A DNA stretch of 63,231 nt from a virus (Duplodnaviria; Caudoviricetes), in the IMG/VR virus record IMGVR_UViG_3300047388_000410, positions 1 through 63,231 of that record. The stretch is one strand, 5' to 3'. Below the pieces are notes generated by a model. That model saw nothing but the letters and a program-made list of their open reading frames with translations. It was not told where the DNA came from and ran no database searches. Of this stretch, positions 37,033 through 46,578 are shown piece after piece. Position 1 is the first letter of the stretch, and the number at the start of each line of letters is the position of its first letter. A program made the translations under genes and the position numbers.

Positions 37033-37359
37033 ATGCCAACATACATCACACAAAGCGTTACATTCGGTACAACTAATACCGATAACTTATCTATCAACAG
37101 CACTACCGACGTTGTTGTTTTCGGCGGCGGAAGCAATAGTCCAAATTTTCAACTAACCGGCATTGCAGGCGGCGCAGATGGGCGTTTGCTTATGTTACAA
37201 AACTCATCGGGATTTGATTGTTTTCTTGAGGATCATGATTCGCGTTCTTCTGGAACCAATCAGTTTAATGGCTCAGGAGTTGTACGAAGCGGTAAAGCAG
37301 TATTTGTTTTGTACCGTGGCGGATTAGCGAATAAATGGTTTATGGTAGATTCAAACTAA
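37033..37359 (+). CDS. Beta-rich virion/fibre-tip-like protein
   Basis: LTGIAGGADGRLL.L.N......S...N.F......LY......W. Confidence 0.6.
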   Translation: MPTYITQSVTFGTTNTDNLSINSTTDVVVFGGGSNSPNFQLTGIAGGADGRLLMLQNSSGFDCFLEDHDSRSSGTNQFNGSGVVRSGKAVFVLYRGGLANKWFMVDSN

Positions 37360-37399
37360 GCAGTAGAAAAAACTCTTGACGTATGCTATGAAGGACTAA

Positions 37400-37939
37400 A
37401 TGGATTTAGCTGAAGCTGCATCCCAAGCCCGACAGCGGCAGCAAGAAGACGCTGCTCGTATGAAAAGTGCTGCAAAAAGTCCTCTCGCTTCAACTGGCGG
37501 TAAGGGCTTTCAGCGCGGAACGGGTGTGAGCGAAAAAGCAAATGAATACGTGCCATCAGCACCGAAAACTGCCGCCGATATGGGCGGCGCGCAAGACACA
37601 GGCGACGCGCCCGTTGCGTATGGGCAGGATAGTTTGAATTATCTTGGGCATATGGCGGGGGATAACGTTACGACCGAAGGACATAACAACGTACCGCTGA
37701 CAGGGCAACAGGGATTTGGAATGATCGGTAGTTTGAGCCCGTTAAACGATACGCGAGACTACTTAGGCCATATGGCCGGAAACGACGTTACCGCAATCGG
37801 CCACAACCCCGGTGTCAAGGGCACGCTAGAAGAATACAAGGCTGGTACGCTACATAGTGGAAGCAAAACCGGCCCGATTGTCAAGAACCGCAAACAGGCT
37901 ATCGCAATTGGTTTGAGTCAGGAACGAAGAGGAAAATAG
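37400..37939 (+). CDS. DUF6496-containing protein
   Basis: C-terminal EYKAGTLHSGSKTGPIVKNRKQAIAIGLSQ; internal YLGHMAG repeat. Confidence 0.75.
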   Translation: MDLAEAASQARQRQQEDAARMKSAAKSPLASTGGKGFQRGTGVSEKANEYVPSAPKTAADMGGAQDTGDAPVAYGQDSLNYLGHMAGDNVTTEGHNNVPLTGQQGFGMIGSLSPLNDTRDYLGHMAGNDVTAIGHNPGVKGTLEEYKAGTLHSGSKTGPIVKNRKQAIAIGLSQERRGK

Positions 37940-38265
37940 TGGCCGATTTGACCGCAGAAGATGTTTCGTATTCAATTATACGAGAACGCATTACTGAAAC
38001 GCAAGGTCGGTACGAAAATATTGTTGATATTACATTTGGTGACGGTGTTAAAACTGTCCCTGCGGACGGTTTACCACTTACTCCGTCTTTGTTAGGATTA
38101 CCAAACGGCGTAATTGAAGTTATAATTATTTTTGGCACAGATTCACAATCTACATTTATAACTTTAATGCCTGCTATTTTTAATATAAATAAAAATACAC
38201 TATTTTTACAAGGTAATCAAATGCCTGTTCTAAGTACATTTCGTTTATTTATTATTGGATATTAA
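37939..38265 (+). CDS. Virion structural protein, paralog of 42927-43268
   Basis: MADLT..DV.Y....RY.N.V...FGD...TVPA.G.PL...LG.P...GY. Confidence 0.7.
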   Translation: MADLTAEDVSYSIIRERITETQGRYENIVDITFGDGVKTVPADGLPLTPSLLGLPNGVIEVIIIFGTDSQSTFITLMPAIFNINKNTLFLQGNQMPVLSTFRLFIIGY

Positions 38266-38278
38266 GAGGATAAGTAAT

Positions 38279-38671
38279 ATGGCTATCCGACGACCCCTCC
38301 CCTCCGGCATGGGCACCGATATCGCCAAAAACGGTTATCGACGTCTTCGCGGCGGATGTACTGATGAAATGGGCAGTAGCACATATCAGCATCACACAAA
38401 TGAGTACCATCGTGAGCAGCTTGGCGTATACAAAGACCCCGGCGCGGGAAATATCAAAGAAATCGAAGGCGCGGGAATCGAGAGCGGTAATCCAGGCAAG
38501 GACGACGGCAAGTCGATTCCGAAGGGTGCCGACGGTTCAACTGAGGCAATGTCTGCTAAGCATCATCGGGATACAATCAAGTACGATCTGCGCCATGCGG
38601 TGGATCACGAGAAGGATGCGATGCGGCATAAGAAGGCACTCAAAAAACTAACGATGGGTGATGGTGAATAG
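38279..38671 (+). CDS. Hypothetical protein (His/Lys-rich)
   Basis: GAGGA RBS. Confidence 0.6.
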   Translation: MAIRRPLPSGMGTDIAKNGYRRLRGGCTDEMGSSTYQHHTNEYHREQLGVYKDPGAGNIKEIEGAGIESGNPGKDDGKSIPKGADGSTEAMSAKHHRDTIKYDLRHAVDHEKDAMRHKKALKKLTMGDGE

Positions 38672-39183
38672 TGGCTGCCGATAGAACAGGCGCCGTCAAA
38701 GAAGGATTGCGCCAGTTAGAATTAGCCGCACTACCAACATCTAAAGAATGGCAATATTGGTGGAACGAACGCAGTCGATTTGTCGAAATGACATATGGCT
38801 GGGAACGAGCTATTATTGATGCTATTACTCGTCTCGTTCGTAATAACCTCACCCTTGCCCGTCAAATTCGTTTAGAAGGAGAAGCGAAGAAGATGATTCG
38901 TTATGACACGGAAGGTCAGATACACGGCGAGGAAATGCGGTCGCCGGCTGAGATTACCAGAGAAGCGTTGGTGTGGTTTATTAATGTTGCCAAACCCGCT
39001 GAACGCGATGCACCGGAATGGGCAAAGACGTTGTTTCGCGCGGTAGAAGGATGTTATCTTCAGCAAGCGCGACTTGGCATCGAGCTAAGCGGCGTGAAGA
39101 AGCGTGGCTACCTAACATTGAACCATTCCGATGTAGCGCCAAATCCACAGGCGTTTGACGAACGTTTTACGGAGGTGCTCTAA
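38671..39183 (+). CDS. Hypothetical protein
   Basis: Coupled ORF, 170 aa. Confidence 0.6.
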   Translation: MAADRTGAVKEGLRQLELAALPTSKEWQYWWNERSRFVEMTYGWERAIIDAITRLVRNNLTLARQIRLEGEAKKMIRYDTEGQIHGEEMRSPAEITREALVWFINVAKPAERDAPEWAKTLFRAVEGCYLQQARLGIELSGVKKRGYLTLNHSDVAPNPQAFDERFTEVL

Positions 39184-39443
39184 TGTGCGTTGTAAGTATG
39201 GTGATGGATCATTATTGGGATAAGTGGCAGACGCCACGGCATTTTCCTGAATATCCTCAACCGCTTTCACCATACAAACCGATGCCAATTTCCGACGAAG
39301 AAATTACCGAATTTCGCAAGTTGCTTGAACGAGCACGCGAATACGATAAGCGTAATAACGAACCAAATTGTGAAATGGAAGAGAAGCGGCAGCGGTTGCT
39401 GAAGTTGGCAGATGAGCTAGGCGTTAAGATTGATTTTGTATAA
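39183..39443 (+). CDS. Conserved phage protein
   Basis: MCVVSMVMDHY...EFRKLLERAREYD.....PNCE.EEK. Confidence 0.75.
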   Translation: MCVVSMVMDHYWDKWQTPRHFPEYPQPLSPYKPMPISDEEITEFRKLLERAREYDKRNNEPNCEMEEKRQRLLKLADELGVKIDFV

Positions 39444-39444
39444 C

Positions 39445-39714
39445 ATGAAAGAACAATCCGCCGAACAACTCTTTACCAGCCTTCAACGCGGCATGCAAGC
39501 GACGCAGGATTTGGGCGTCGCGATACCGATTCTTACCGAGCGCCGTGAAAATCTCATTCGTGATGCCATCAATCGTTACAATTCTCGTGAGCGTGAATAC
39601 ACGCCATTACAGGCGCTTTTATTTGTCGCTGCACTTGCAGAAAACCAACATCTCAAAGACAACTTAGAATATATTGAACGCGCCGGCCGCAAAGCCGGCC
39701 AAAAACTCTCCTAA
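39445..39714 (+). CDS. Small helical head-assembly protein upstream of scaffold
   Basis: Size and position only. Confidence 0.5.
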   Translation: MKEQSAEQLFTSLQRGMQATQDLGVAIPILTERRENLIRDAINRYNSREREYTPLQALLFVAALAENQHLKDNLEYIERAGRKAGQKLS

Positions 39715-39730
39715 CACGGAAGGATAAATT

Positions 39731-40780
39731 ATGGCCGACGATACGGTAAATGCGAAATGGGAGCAGCTACAGGAGATGCGCAAAAAGAATGCGCCGCGTG
39801 ATCCTGAAACGGGTAAGTTTGTGAAAGACGAAACGCCGCCTGTTGATGATACAGCAGCCCTTGCGGCGGCTAAGGCGGAAGCAGATGCTGCAATCGCTGC
39901 ACAAGCTGCGGAAGCCGAAAAGGCAAAAGCTGCCGAGCCCGCGAAAGTTGAGCCGCCGGCGGTTACACCGCCTACTTCTGAAGAAATCGAAATCGACGGG
40001 CAGAAAATCAGTGTCGATCCAAGCCTCGCTGCCGCATTCAAGAAGGCTGAGAGCATCAAAACCGAGTCTATTAAAGTTGACGAACGCGCGGCGCTCAAGG
40101 CCGAGCTAGCCGCCGAGTTACGCGCTGAACTAGCACCGAAGCCTAAGACCGAAGCCGAGCTAGCGGCTGAAAAGGCACTCGCTGATGCACAGGCAAAACT
40201 CAATGAGCCAAAGATGCCTGAAGCCAAACTCATGATTGACGACCCGGAAGAATATAACCGACGGATGCAGGCATACGTGGATACCGTGGCGAAGAATGCA
40301 CGTGATTCAGCCAAAGCTGAATTTTCAGCCGAACAGGCCAAAACGCGCCAGGTAAACGAAGTCTCTGAACGCGAACGTGCGCGAGCGGTATTGAATGTAC
40401 AGTTTTACGACCAGTATCCGATTCTAAAAGACTCTAAACTTATCGTAGACCGCATTCTCGAAGACCAGTTTAACGCGGTATTTGCGTCGGGCAAAATTGC
40501 CGCGCTGAAAACAGTTGAAGAAGGCGAAGCACTCAAGAAGTCCGAATTTGCCGACGCCGCAGCCAAGGCCACAAAAGAGATCGTCAAGCTGATGGCCGCA
40601 GGTAAGCGCGTCGCTCCTCCTCCTCCTCCGCCGCCAACATTAGCCGCTAGCGCACCTGCTAAGTCACCTGCGCCGCCGAAGCAAGATACCGAAAAGACTA
40701 CAAAAGAACGTTTTCCAAAGGGCTCGGTATCGGCGTCGTTGGCGGAAGTTAGGGCGCGGAAGATGGCTGCAAGCGGGTAG
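39731..40780 (+). CDS. Capsid scaffolding protein
   Basis: RDPETGKFV motif; Ala/Glu/Lys coiled coil; upstream of the major capsid gene. Confidence 0.75.
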   Translation: MADDTVNAKWEQLQEMRKKNAPRDPETGKFVKDETPPVDDTAALAAAKAEADAAIAAQAAEAEKAKAAEPAKVEPPAVTPPTSEEIEIDGQKISVDPSLAAAFKKAESIKTESIKVDERAALKAELAAELRAELAPKPKTEAELAAEKALADAQAKLNEPKMPEAKLMIDDPEEYNRRMQAYVDTVAKNARDSAKAEFSAEQAKTRQVNEVSERERARAVLNVQFYDQYPILKDSKLIVDRILEDQFNAVFASGKIAALKTVEEGEALKKSEFADAAAKATKEIVKLMAAGKRVAPPPPPPPTLAASAPAKSPAPPKQDTEKTTKERFPKGSVSASLAEVRARKMAASG

Positions 40781-40789
40781 GCGCCATGC

Positions 40790-40803
40790 TATTGGAATAT
40801 TTA
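40790..40803 (+). promoter_or_regulatory. Recurring late-gene motif TATTGGAATATTTA
   Basis: Intergenic copy upstream of the HNH/capsid genes; identical to 56119-32. Confidence 0.55.
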
Positions 40804-40826
40804 ATTTTTTGAGATAAGATCGTGGT

Positions 40827-41345
40827 ATGATTAATACCGCTACAGTTACTCAGCTAAACCCTTCAACCAAGCGCTGTTATAAGTGTGAGGAGACGAAGGC
40901 AACTACAGACTTTGGCAAGGATAGCAGCCGAGCCGATGGATTGAATCCGCTTTGTAAGCCGTGTAATAAGACTAAGCATACTAAGTTTAGGGCGGAGAAT
41001 CGTGAGGCTGTTAGAGCGTCATATGCAAAATGGTATGCAAAACCTGAAAACAAAGCAAAGGTACACTATAAGACTGCTAAGCATAATCAAGAACGCGCCG
41101 ATCTTCTAATTGATCGTTTTAAGTCTGCGCCTTGTTTTGATTGCAAACAGTCGTTTCCGACGTGCTGTATGGATTTTGACCACAGGCCCGGAGTTGACAA
41201 GGTATTTGAGCTAAATTACCGAGCCATGAAGTCATTTAGCCTTGATTCGATTATTGAAGAAATTGCGAAATGTGATTTGGTCTGTTCCAACTGCCATCGC
41301 ATTCGCACGAAAACACGTAATCAGGTTGGAAGGAGAAGCTACTAG
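40827..41345 (+). CDS. HNH-like endonuclease
   Basis: CYKC..CKPC; PCFDC..F...MDFDH...EEIAKCDLVCSNCHRIRT. Confidence 0.85.
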   Translation: MINTATVTQLNPSTKRCYKCEETKATTDFGKDSSRADGLNPLCKPCNKTKHTKFRAENREAVRASYAKWYAKPENKAKVHYKTAKHNQERADLLIDRFKSAPCFDCKQSFPTCCMDFDHRPGVDKVFELNYRAMKSFSLDSIIEEIAKCDLVCSNCHRIRTKTRNQVGRRSY

Positions 41346-41377
41346 CCAAATAGCTAGTTAGCAATTTAGGAGACTAC

Positions 41378-42337
41378 ATGGCAACTGGAATGTCTTGGAC
41401 TTTCGATGTGCCCGCGGGCGTGGCTAAAAACCATGCTTTATCCGAAGAATACTTCAAGCAGGCCATCGCCCGCACGCGCTTTTTCGAGCACGTCAGCATT
41501 AAGCCCGCCTTCGGCAAAAAGCAGGGCGAGAGCGTAACGATTCCTCTCGTGCCGACTCTGGCTGAACCGGCTTCGGCCCAGCTTAGCGAGAATAGCAATA
41601 TTCCCGAGCTACCGTTTAACTACAAGGTACAGACGGTCGTGGTTAAGGAATTCGGTCAGGCGGTGCCGTATAGCGGACTGCTTGAAGACCTTGACCATTA
41701 TGATCCGGAAGACTGGATTTCGCAGCGCCTTGTGGATCAGCAGAAGCTAGTGCTGGATGCGACGGCCGCAGCCGCATTCAAGACAGCCGCAACGGTTATG
41801 ACGCCGGTTTCGAGCGCAGTGGTCAGCACGGCCACTAACGGCTCACCGGGCGCGGTCGCCGGTAGCAACATCAACTTCTTCCTCATCGAGACGGCGAGAG
41901 ATTATCTCGTCGGCACTCTACTCGCGCCGGGCGTTAAGGACGAAACCGATTATGTTTGCATCGGCAACACGTTCGGCCTTCGTGGTATTAAGCGCGATCC
42001 GCTATTCATTGGCTGGGCGGCTTACAAGGACCCCGAGCGCAAGTGGAACGGCGAAGTGGGGATGATTGAAGATACCACGTTCGTTGAGTCCAACCACGCC
42101 ACCGCGCTAACGTCTACATGGACGCAGGCGGGGAGCGGGGTACTCGGTGAAGCGGTGATGTTTGGTCGTGAGGCGGTTGCATTCGCGGAGGCCGTTACGC
42201 CCGAGCTACGCGCCGGCATTCCTACCGATCTAGGCCGACAGCGCCTCATTGGCTGGTACGGCGTATATGGCTTCCAGCTTCTATGGTCAAGTGCCCTACC
42301 TGGTGAGGGCAAGGTTATTCACTTCGCGTCGCTGTAA
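41378..42337 (+). CDS. Major capsid protein (N4-gp56-like, HK97 fold)
   Basis: 319 aa after scaffold; GKKQGESVTIP, L.E...IP, E.G, GEVG.IE...FVES, D.GR....GWY. Confidence 0.85.
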   Translation: MATGMSWTFDVPAGVAKNHALSEEYFKQAIARTRFFEHVSIKPAFGKKQGESVTIPLVPTLAEPASAQLSENSNIPELPFNYKVQTVVVKEFGQAVPYSGLLEDLDHYDPEDWISQRLVDQQKLVLDATAAAAFKTAATVMTPVSSAVVSTATNGSPGAVAGSNINFFLIETARDYLVGTLLAPGVKDETDYVCIGNTFGLRGIKRDPLFIGWAAYKDPERKWNGEVGMIEDTTFVESNHATALTSTWTQAGSGVLGEAVMFGREAVAFAEAVTPELRAGIPTDLGRQRLIGWYGVYGFQLLWSSALPGEGKVIHFASL

Positions 42338-42364
42338 GGCAAAAAGGAATAAAGGAAAACTATC

Positions 42365-42901
42365 ATGGCACGACAGAACGGTCAGGCTACTTTCGAGACG
42401 CCTCTCAGCAACGGCGCTTTTGGCGATAACGGCGACAGCACGACTACACAGCGAGCGTTCACCGCTTGGGAGCGGATGACGGTGGTTGAGGTTGGATGTA
42501 AGGCTGAAGCAGGCGTGGCAACGACCGGTGATACGGCACTGCCGGGAGTAGCCTTTGCATACACCGTATCAAAGCGCACGGGTGGCGATGTTGGGAACGA
42601 TGTTGTTATTCCTGTCTTCACGGCGGCTTTTGCGGCCGAGGGCGGAGTAGGCGGTGATCCGAGCGTTAATGGCTTCGATAACGCAAACCAGATTCCTAAC
42701 GGGATTATCACGAACACGCTTGGACTGCTCACAGGCGGAAAGTGCCTCAGAGCGTATACGGAAGTGACGCTTGACAAGGGCGATCAGCTTGTGTTTAAAG
42801 TTACAAGCGCAGGGACTGCGGGCAGCAAGGTTGTGTTTTATGCCAAGACGTATCTCGATGGCGCGGGTCTGGTCGAAGCGGCTGACGTTGATAGCAACTA
42901 A
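42365..42901 (+). CDS. Putative capsid decoration/minor capsid protein
   Basis: Directly after the MCP; beta-rich; L.KGD.L.F.VT. Confidence 0.6.
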   Translation: MARQNGQATFETPLSNGAFGDNGDSTTTQRAFTAWERMTVVEVGCKAEAGVATTGDTALPGVAFAYTVSKRTGGDVGNDVVIPVFTAAFAAEGGVGGDPSVNGFDNANQIPNGIITNTLGLLTGGKCLRAYTEVTLDKGDQLVFKVTSAGTAGSKVVFYAKTYLDGAGLVEAADVDSN

Positions 42902-42926
42902 CGTAATGTCGGAAAAGGAGTGGTAA

Positions 42927-43268
42927 ATGGCTGACATTACGAAAGACGACGTAATATACGTCATCGAACCATATCCCAAGGGTTCACTGCTTACCGATAA
43001 GCCTCCGCGGTATAGTAATCTCGTAAGCGTATCGTTCGGAGACAGCGCGCTAACGGTTCCGGCAACGGGTATTCCGCTCAGCGGCATCGGGCTTGGCTTT
43101 CCAGAAGATCAGGTAGAGTATGTGATTGTAATTGACTCGACTGATGCGGGAAGCGTGTATTTTACCTACGATTCGACTAATAATAGTTTGAAGTCGGCAG
43201 ATACGAATTATGATAGCGGCTCTGCGCCTCCTGCAACGACACTAGTTGTTCTTGCTCGCGGGTATTAA
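42927..43268 (+). CDS. Virion structural protein, paralog of 37939-38265
   Basis: Shared motifs with 37939; AGGAG RBS. Confidence 0.7.
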   Translation: MADITKDDVIYVIEPYPKGSLLTDKPPRYSNLVSVSFGDSALTVPATGIPLSGIGLGFPEDQVEYVIVIDSTDAGSVYFTYDSTNNSLKSADTNYDSGSAPPATTLVVLARGY

Positions 43269-44341
43269 TGAAGAAAATTCTTCTAACGTTTGCAATTTCG
43301 CTGCTTTTGTTTGGCAAAGCATTTGCGCAAACAACCACGACCACTACGCTTCCGACGTGCGCGAATGGCGGTATCAAGTGTGGAAAACAATGCCCAACTG
43401 GCGGTGCGAGTTGCAACCCTAGTGGCGGGCAGCTTTATACCGGCATGTGCGTTGGCAATTCGCTGCAGGGCGAGTGCCAATATGTCGCATGCAGCGGTGG
43501 CGCGAAATGCGTAAGCACTCCATTCGGCAAGCACGGTTGCCTTGGTGATAGTGAATGCAAGCCAGGAGAAGCGTGTATTAGTGATAGCGGCATTGAAGCC
43601 TGCGGTACGGGTTTTAGCGTATGTATGCAGTTATGCCCGGTTTCGACAACCACGACCACTACGACTACTACAACGACAATTAGTAGCACGACGACGACTT
43701 CGGCTCCGTCAACTACGACCACGACTGTACCGATTGGTTCGCTGGGTAATTACGGCGTTGTGGCTTCGTCTACGATTACGAACACCGGCTTTACGGTTGT
43801 TCAGTGCAAAATGGCACTTGACCCTGGATCATCTATCACAGGCTTTCCGCCTGGCACAGATGGCGGTGAAGATATTAGCAATCCGGCATCGCTTCAGGCA
43901 CAGACTGACGCGACGACACTTTATAACTACCTTGCCGGGCTGTCATCTACCGCTACCGTATCTGGTGATATCGGCGGCACGACCAAAGGACCAGGCGTCT
44001 ATACCGCTTCATCTACGCTTTCAGTAACGACGGCTGATTTGACACTCGATGGTGGTGGCGATCCAAATGCGCTCTTCGTTTTCCAAATCGGCTCAACGTT
44101 TACAGTTGCAAATGGTAAGCAGATTGTACTGATTAACGGCGCGCTGGCAAAGAACGTGTATTTCCAAGTCGGCAGTAGTGCAACATATGGCACAACTTCT
44201 GTTATTCACGGAACCACGGTCGCACTAGCATCTGATACAGTAAACACCGGCGCCACGGTTATCGGGCGACTTATCGCACGAACCGGCGCAGTAACGCTCG
44301 ATGACAACGCAGTAACATCACCAACAGGCACTTGCCCATAA
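43268..44341 (+). CDS. Secreted ice-binding protein (DUF3494) with 14-Cys N-domain and poly-Thr linker
   Basis: Signal peptide; STITNTG.T, PGSSITGFPPG, QAQ.D...Y..L, PGVY, LTLDGGGDPNALFVFQIGS, LINGA.AKNVYFQVGSSAT, GRL.ARTGAVTLD.N. Confidence 0.88.
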   Translation: MKKILLTFAISLLLFGKAFAQTTTTTTLPTCANGGIKCGKQCPTGGASCNPSGGQLYTGMCVGNSLQGECQYVACSGGAKCVSTPFGKHGCLGDSECKPGEACISDSGIEACGTGFSVCMQLCPVSTTTTTTTTTTTISSTTTTSAPSTTTTTVPIGSLGNYGVVASSTITNTGFTVVQCKMALDPGSSITGFPPGTDGGEDISNPASLQAQTDATTLYNYLAGLSSTATVSGDIGGTTKGPGVYTASSTLSVTTADLTLDGGGDPNALFVFQIGSTFTVANGKQIVLINGALAKNVYFQVGSSATYGTTSVIHGTTVALASDTVNTGATVIGRLIARTGAVTLDDNAVTSPTGTCP

Positions 44342-44348
44342 CGAGGGG

Positions 44349-44888
44349 ATGAAAATGGGACTTAAGAAGATTTTGCTAGCACTTGCGATTACGGTTACAC
44401 TTGCTGGCGTTGCATCTGCACAGACAACCACAACCACGACTTTGCCGACGTGCGCGAATGGTGGTATTAAATGTGGTAAGACATGCGGCGATAGTACTAG
44501 CCCTGGTGATGGGACGTGTGGTCTAAACTTCACCGGCATGTGCGTTGCGAAGTTAAACGACACGACCGGGTGTCAGTATATGCGGTGTAGCGGCAATACG
44601 CCAGCGTGTGTGTCGGGGCCGTTTATTCTTCCTGGCGCCGGATGCAGCAGCGATGTTACCTGTGGGCCGGGCGGAATTTGCGTAAGCAGCAGCGGTATGG
44701 CTGGTTGTGGTGATGGGTTTGCGCAGTGTATGACGGCATGCACGACCAGCACGACCACAACGACAACTTCTACCACGACCACGACAGCCGCGCCGACGAC
44801 TACGACTACAGCGGCTCCAACTACGACAACAACTAGCACGACAACGACTACTACTACTACGACCAGCACTACGACCACGACGGCCTAA
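44349..44888 (+). CDS. Secreted 14-Cys protein with poly-Thr tail (paralog of the IBP N-domain)
   Basis: AQTTTTTTLPTCANGGIKCGK shared with 43268; all 14 Cys align. Confidence 0.8.
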   Translation: MKMGLKKILLALAITVTLAGVASAQTTTTTTLPTCANGGIKCGKTCGDSTSPGDGTCGLNFTGMCVAKLNDTTGCQYMRCSGNTPACVSGPFILPGAGCSSDVTCGPGGICVSSSGMAGCGDGFAQCMTACTTSTTTTTTSTTTTTAAPTTTTTAAPTTTTTSTTTTTTTTTSTTTTTA

Positions 44889-44904
44889 ACGAAAGGAAGC
44901 CACG

Positions 44905-45387
44905 ATGGCAACATTAAGAGAAGTTGAGGAACGAGACAGCAAGGGTAACACGATTCGCGTGAATCCGTCTGTCACGTTCAAAGCCGATCAAAACGAGCGC
45001 ATTATCGCCGGTCGGCATGACTTTCGGCTTGTGCCGAACGAGATGTACCATACGCCAGTTACCGCGCAGGTACAAAACGGCAAGATTCTCTTTTTCGAGG
45101 GCACTCCTGATACGACTAATAGCCGCCGCGCAGCGAAGGAAATCAAGCAGTCTGAAGTGCCGCCGTATATTATCGAAATGCTGAAGAAGAACCCGATTCG
45201 AGTACGTGAAGCGCGGCCGACGGTATATGAAGTCAAGATCGCGACCATTGGTGACGTTGAAGTGACGCAGACAGAAGAACTAACGCCCGACGCAAGTGGC
45301 AACGTCAACATTGAGCCCGTTGCGCCGAAGCTAACCCGCGCTCCTAAGCCCCAGCCCTATCACGTCGAGGCCGATACTTCGGCCTAA
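44905..45387 (+). CDS. Hypothetical protein
   Basis: AAGGA RBS. Confidence 0.65.
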   Translation: MATLREVEERDSKGNTIRVNPSVTFKADQNERIIAGRHDFRLVPNEMYHTPVTAQVQNGKILFFEGTPDTTNSRRAAKEIKQSEVPPYIIEMLKKNPIRVREARPTVYEVKIATIGDVEVTQTEELTPDASGNVNIEPVAPKLTRAPKPQPYHVEADTSA

Positions 45388-45396
45388 AGGCTTATC

Positions 45397-45744
45397 GTGG
45401 CGACGGTCGCACTCAAGTCTAACCACGTCCAGCATAGCGTTCTTCAGTCGCTTTGGACGATGGGCAGCGGGGATACCGGCGTACCCGATCAACTGTCACG
45501 CTATCCTAATCATAGTGTGCAGATGACGGGGACGTTTGGTGGCGCTACTGTTGTGCTTCAGGGCAGCGATGATGGTATAACGTGGTTTACGTTGCATGAT
45601 GTGAGTGGTGCGGATATCAGCCGCACGTCGAATGGGCGTTTTGACACGATTGCTATTGTACCGCAGCACATTCGCCCGTCTAGCACGAGCGGCAGCGGAG
45701 TGTCAGTTAAGGTTATCATCACGAGTCGGAGTTTCGGGCGTTAA
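45397..45744 (+). CDS. Small beta-sandwich virion protein
   Basis: SVQ.TGTFGGATV.LQGS.DG.TW..L....IRP. Confidence 0.7.
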   Translation: MATVALKSNHVQHSVLQSLWTMGSGDTGVPDQLSRYPNHSVQMTGTFGGATVVLQGSDDGITWFTLHDVSGADISRTSNGRFDTIAIVPQHIRPSSTSGSGVSVKVIITSRSFGR

Positions 45745-46290
45745 ATGGCAAACGACATGACAACCGAAGAAGTCATTGCGCTTGGTAAGGCGCTTGGGCG
45801 GCAGTTTGCCGGCGTCGCAAAACTCGGTGAAATTTGCGATAAGATTGGCGCATTAGCAGGCGGCGAGGCTGAATTACAGCGAAACGTTGATGCACTGAAA
45901 GTTGAAATAGAAGGGCATCTAAAGGAAATTGAATCACTAAAAGAGCAAAAAGCCGCTGCTCAGCAGGAGGTAAAAGAGGCTCTTGCCGCGCGGGAGGGTG
46001 CGAGGCACGCGGTAAGCGATGCGGCTGTTCGGCAGAAAGAAGCCGAAGCAAAGATAGCTGCGATAAACGAAGAACACGCAAAAACCGTTGCTACGGCGCA
46101 AATTCAAAAAGACGGCATGCATAATCAGATAACCGAAATGCATACTCGTATACAGAAGATTGAAGCCGATCATAAAGCGCGTGTTGATGCGCTGAAAACC
46201 GAACAGGCAAATATTGCCGAAAAAATTGCCAGTCTCAAAGATTATCACGATTCTTTTAAGTCCCGTATCGCCCCGCTCTTGACGGCCTAA
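45745..46290 (+). CDS. Coiled-coil protein
   Basis: Long heptad pattern. Confidence 0.65.
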   Translation: MANDMTTEEVIALGKALGRQFAGVAKLGEICDKIGALAGGEAELQRNVDALKVEIEGHLKEIESLKEQKAAAQQEVKEALAAREGARHAVSDAAVRQKEAEAKIAAINEEHAKTVATAQIQKDGMHNQITEMHTRIQKIEADHKARVDALKTEQANIAEKIASLKDYHDSFKSRIAPLLTA

Positions 46291-46332
46291 CAGGCGTCTT
46301 GCCGCCCCGAGCGGGTTAGGGAGACGCCGTAG

Positions 46333-46572
46333 ATGGCCTTACCATACAAAGCAGAACAGCTCGTCAGCAAATTAGAAGTCGAGTACAATGTTGATGGCAA
46401 CCCCATCTACGTTGGCATTGGACCGGCTGGCGGAGCTACCAGCGATCCTGTTTGGCGGATTGCACATATTATTTATGATCTTAATGGTAATCCCATTGAG
46501 GTTATTTTTGCTGACGGGACGATTGAGAGTAATAAAATTTGGGATAACCGGGCCGGCTATTCATACAATTAG
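46333..46572 (+). CDS. Conserved small virion protein
   Basis: IYVG....G.ATS.PVWRI......A.G......WDNR..Y.Y. Confidence 0.7.
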   Translation: MALPYKAEQLVSKLEVEYNVDGNPIYVGIGPAGGATSDPVWRIAHIIYDLNGNPIEVIFADGTIESNKIWDNRAGYSYN

Positions 46573-46578
46573 GCTATT

